The position numbers and the translations under genes are program-made. The notes beneath the pieces were generated by a model. The model searched no databases and had not been told where the DNA came from. It saw nothing but the letters and a program-made list of their open reading frames with translations. A stretch of DNA of 64,000 nt from Eledone cirrhosa (lineage: Eukaryota), in contig OZ024742.1 of assembly GCA_964016885.1 (NCBI GenBank), forward strand, positions 372,558,001 through 372,622,000, read 5' to 3'. Each line of letters begins with the position of its first letter. Position 1 is the first letter of the stretch. Shown one piece after another: positions 59,741 through 64,000 of the stretch.

Positions 59741-62700
59741 TCATTCTATATAAACTGTAAATCTCATTCTATAAACTGTAAATCTCTTTCTGTATAAACT
59801 GTAAATCTCATTCTATATAAACTGTAAATCTCTTTCTATATAAACTGTAAATTTCATTCTATAAACTGTAAATCTCTTTCTATATAAACTGTAAATCTCA
59901 TTCTATATAAACTGTAAATCTCTTTCCATATAAATTGTAAATCTCATTCTATATAAGCTGTAAATCTCATTCTATAAACTGTACATCTCTTTCTATATAA
60001 ACTGTAAATCCCATTCTATATAAACTGTATATATCATTCTATAAACTGTAAATCTCATTCTATAAACTGTAAATCTCTTTCTATATGAACTGTAAATCTC
60101 ATCCTATACAAACTGTAAATCTCATTCTATATTAACTGTAAATCTGATTCTATAAACTGTAAATCTCTTTCTATATAAACTCTTAATCTCATTCTATATA
60201 AACTGTAAATCTCATTCTATATAAACTGTATATATCATTCTATAAACTGTAAATCTCATTCTATAAACTGTAAATCTCTTTCTATATAAACTGTAAATCT
60301 CATTCTATATAAACTGTGAATCTCATTCTATATAAGCTGTAAATCCCATTCTATGAACTGTAAATCTCTTTCTATATAAACTGTAAATCTCATTCTATAT
60401 AAACTGTAAATCTTATTCTATATAAACTGTAAATCTCATTCTGTAAACTGTAAATCTCTTTCTATATAAACTGTAAATCTCATTCTATATAAACTGTAAA
60501 TCTCTTTCTATATAAACTGTAAATTTCATTCTATAAACTGTAAATCTCTTTCTATATAAACTGTAAATTTCATTCTATATAAACTGTATATATCATTCTA
60601 TAAACTGTAAATAACATTCTATAAACTGTAAATCTCTTTCTATATAAACTGTAAATCTCATTCTATATAAACTGTAAATCTCTTTCTATATGAACTGTAA
60701 ATCTCATTCTATATAAATTGTAAATCTCATTCTATAAACTGTGAATCTCATTCTATATAAACTGTAAATCTCATTCTATAAACTGTAAATCTCATTCTAT
60801 GAACTGTAAATCTCTTTCTATATAAACTGTAAATCTCATTCTATATAAACTGTAAATCTCATTCTATAAACTGTAAATCTCTTTCTGTATAAACTGTAAA
60901 TCTCATTCTATATAAACTGTAAATCTCTTTCTATATAAACTGTAAATTTCATTCTATAAACTGTAAATCTCTTTCTATATAAACTGTAAATCTCATTCTA
61001 TATAAACTCTAAATCTCTTTCTATATAAACTGTAAATCTCATTCTATATAAGCTGTAAATCTCATTCTATAAACTGTAAATCTCTTTCTATATAAACTGT
61101 AAATCTCATTCTATATAAACTGTATATATCATTCTATAAACTGTAACTCTCAGTCTATAAACTGTAAATCTCGTTCTATATAAACTGTAAATCTCTTTCT
61201 ATATGAACTATAAATCTCTTTCTATATAAACTCTGAATCTCATTCTATATAAGCTGTAAATCTCATTCTATGAACTGTAAATCTCTTTCTATATAAGCTG
61301 TAAATCTCATTCTATAAACTGTAAATCTCATTCTATATAAACTGTAAATCTCATTCTATATAAACTGTAAATCTCTTTCTATATAAACTGTAAATTTCAT
61401 TTTATAAACTGTAAATCTCTTTCTATATAAACTGTAAATCTCATTCTATATAAACTGTAAATCTCTTTCTATATAAACTGTAAATCTCATTCTATATAAA
61501 CTGTGAATCTCATTCTATAAACTGTAAATCTCTTTCTATACAAACTGTAAATATCATTCTATATACACTGTAAATCTCTTTCTATATAAACTGTAAATCT
61601 CATTCTATATAAACTGTAAATCTCATTCTATAAACTGTAAATCTCTTTCTATATAAACTGTAAATCTCATTCTATATAAGCTGTAAATCTCATTCTATAA
61701 ACTGTAAATCTCTTTCTATATAAACTGTAAATCCCATTCTATATAAACTGTATATATCATTCTATAAACTGTAAATCACATTCTATAAACTGTAAATCTC
61801 TTTCTATATAAACTGTAAATCTCATTCTATATAAACTGTAAATCTCTTTCTATATGAACTGTAAATCTCATTCTATATAAATTGTAAATCTCATTCTATA
61901 AACTGTGAATCTCATTCTATATAAACTGTAAATCTCATTCTATAAACTGTAAATCTCATTCTATGAACTGTAAATCTCTTTCTATATAAACTGTAAATCT
62001 CATTCTATATAAACTGTAAATCTCATTCTATAAACTGTAAATCTCTTTCTGTATAAACTGTAAATCTCATTCTATATAAACTGTAAATCTCTTTCTATAT
62101 AAACTGTAAACTTCATTCTATAAACTGTAAATCTCTTTCTATATAAACTGTAAATCTCATTCTATATAAACTGTAAATCTCTTTCTATATAAACTGTAAA
62201 TCTCATTCTATATAAACTGTGAATCTCATTCTATAAGCTGTAAATCTCATTCTATAAGCTGTAAATCTCTTTCTATATAAACTGTAAATCTCAATCTATA
62301 TACACTGTAAATCTCTTTCTATATAAACTGTAAATCTCATTCTATATAAACTGTAAATCTCATTCTATAAACTGTAAATCTCTTTCCATATAAACTGTAA
62401 ATCTCATTCTATATAAGCTGTAAATCTCATTCTATAAACTGTACATCTCTTTCTATATAAACTGTAAATCCCATTCTATATAAACTGTATATATCATTCT
62501 ATAAACTGTAAATCTCATTCTATAAACTGTAAATCTCTTTCTATATAAACTGTTAATCTCATTCTTTATAAACTGTAAATCTAATTCTATATTAACTGTA
62601 AATCTGATTCTATAAACTGTAAATCTCATTCTATATAAACTGTAAATCTCATTCTATAAACTGTAAATCTCTTTCTGTATAAACTGTAAATCTCATTCTA

Positions 62701-63800
62701 TATAAACTGTAAATCTCTTTCTATATAAACTGTAAATTTCATTCTATAAACTGTAAATCTCTTTCTATATAAACTGTAAATCTCATTCTATATAAACTGT
62801 AAATCTCTTTCCATATAAATTGTAAATCTCATTCTATATAAGCTGTAAATCTCATTCTATAAACTGTACATCTCTTTCTATATAAACTGTAAATCCCATT
62901 CTATATAAACTGTATATATCATTCTATAAACTGTAAATCTCATTCTATAAACTGTAAATCTCTTTCTATATGAACTGTAAATCTCATCCTATACAAACTG
63001 TAAATCTCATTCTATATTAACTGTAAATCTGATTCTATAAACTGTAAATCTCTTTCTATATAAACTCTTAATCTCATTCTATATAAACTGTAAATCTCAT
63101 TCTATATAAACTGTATATATCATTCTATAAACTGTAAATCTCTTTCTATATAAACTGTAAATCTCATTCTATATAAACTGTAAATCTTATTCTATATAAA
63201 CTGTAAATCTCATTCTATAAACTGTAAATCTCTTTCTCTATAAACTGTAAATCTCATTCTATATAAACTGTAAATCTCTTTCTATATAAACTGTAAATTT
63301 CATTCTATAAACTGTAAATCTCTTTCTATATAAACTGTAAATTTCATTCTATATAAACTGTATATATCATTCTATAAACTGTAAATAACATTCTATAAAC
63401 TGTAAATCTCTTTCTATATAAACTGTAAATCTCATTCTATATAAACTGTAAATCTCTTTCTATATGAACTGTAAATCTCATTCTATATAAATTGTAAATC
63501 TCATTCTATAAACTGTGAATCTCATTCTATATAAACTGTAAATCTCATTCTATAAACTGTAAATCTCATTCTATGAACTGTAAATCTCTTTCTATATAAA
63601 CTGTAAATCTCATTCTATATAAACTGTAAATCTCATTCTATAAACTGTAAATCTCTTTCTGTATAAACTGTAAATCTCATTCTATATAAACTGTAAATCT
63701 CTTTCTATATAAACTGTAAATTTCATTCTATAAACTGTAAATCTCTTTCTATATAAACTGTAAATCTCATTCTATATAAACTCTAAATCTCTTTCTATAT
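58380..63800. repeat. About 2.8-kb tandem duplication (offset 2885, falling to 2774 distally)
   Basis: ctttat 59679/62564 and cctatac 60103/62988 (+2885); ataac 60611/63385 (+2774). Confidence 0.8.
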
Positions 63801-64000
63801 AAACTGTAAATCTCATTCTATATAAACTGTGAATCTCATTCTATAAGCTGTAAATCTCTTTCTATATAAACTGTAAATCTCATTCTATATACACTGTAAA
63901 TCTCTTTCTATATAAACTGTAAATCTCATTCTATATAAACTGTAAATCTCATTCTATAAACTGTAAATCTCTTTCCATATAAACTGTAAATCTCATTCTA

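Larger units (their letters stand above)
1..64000. repeat. Tandem satellite DNA array, 23/21-bp monomer, consensus AAACTGTAAATCTC[A/T]TTCTAT(AT), head-to-tail, extends beyond both window edges
   Basis: Seen directly. Every line parses into A23 (aaactgtaaatctcattctatat), T23 (aaactgtaaatctctttctatat) or A21 (aaactgtaaatctcattctat) with 0-3 substitutions. No interruption or inversion was seen. Confidence 0.99.

Noticed and set aside
1-64000. CRISPR array (23-bp direct repeats)
   Set aside because: Repeats abut each other with no unique spacers, and there is no leader or cas gene.
1-64000. Repetitive protein-coding ORF on either strand
   Set aside because: The + strand has two TAA per monomer and the - strand has TAG (plus TGA in A-type). 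The 23-bp period rotates the frame, so all six frames close within a few monomers.
1-64000. TATA-box promoters (TATATAAA/TATAAA at nearly every monomer junction)
   Set aside because: This is a by-product of the repeat consensus. There is no downstream gene or other promoter evidence, although cryptic transcription cannot be excluded from sequence alone.
1-64000. Telomerase-made long telomeric repeat (as in the 23-bp Candida albicans unit)
   Set aside because: The sequence is unrelated and lacks G-runs. Point variants are inherited in kb-scale blocks, which indicates DNA-level duplication, not copying from one RNA template.
1-64000. Variant order as a deliberate code or information store
   Set aside because: The recurring patterns are explained by nested duplication of random substitutions. 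Nothing in the sequence implies a reader or writer.
1-64000. Strong intrinsic curvature from phased A-tracts
   Set aside because: A-runs are only 3 bp and are spaced 7 and 14-16 bp apart, and the mean period of about 22.3 bp drifts off two helical turns.
1-64000. Embedded transposon, inversion or unique island
   Set aside because: None was seen on a line-by-line read. I did not see the reverse-complement monomer (atagaatgagatttacagttt) on the + strand.
1-64000. Plasmid iterons or a bacterial replication origin (about 22-bp repeats)
   Set aside because: Iterons occur in a few copies next to a rep gene. Thousands of contiguous copies with no gene do not fit.

Overview
The whole 64-kb window is one uninterrupted, single-orientation, AT-rich (about 22% GC from the consensus) tandem satellite array. 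It is built from a 23-bp monomer AAACTGTAAATCTC(A/T)TTCTATAT and a 21-bp form lacking the last AT, giving roughly 2,850 monomers (64,000 / about 22.3). I see no unique sequence, protein-coding gene, RNA gene, transposon or CRISPR spacer. The array runs off both ends. Its size and organisation suggest eukaryotic heterochromatic DNA, possibly pericentromeric or subtelomeric, but this is inference and I do not recognise the family or species. The real structure lies in the variants. Monomer types follow an ordering rule with a 67-bp trimer tendency and a possible 7-bp substructure. A chain of near-perfect nested tandem duplications tiles the window, with offsets of 360, about 1777, 3814, about 2800, 2932, 1702, 1074, 4053, about 6703, 967, 2198 and 2885 bp, and marker variants are layered by region. 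I found no evidence for a new gene-based biological system, and the functional ideas below are labelled as speculation. Offsets were measured by eye between diagnostic variants, so block boundaries are approximate (plus or minus 1-3 monomers).
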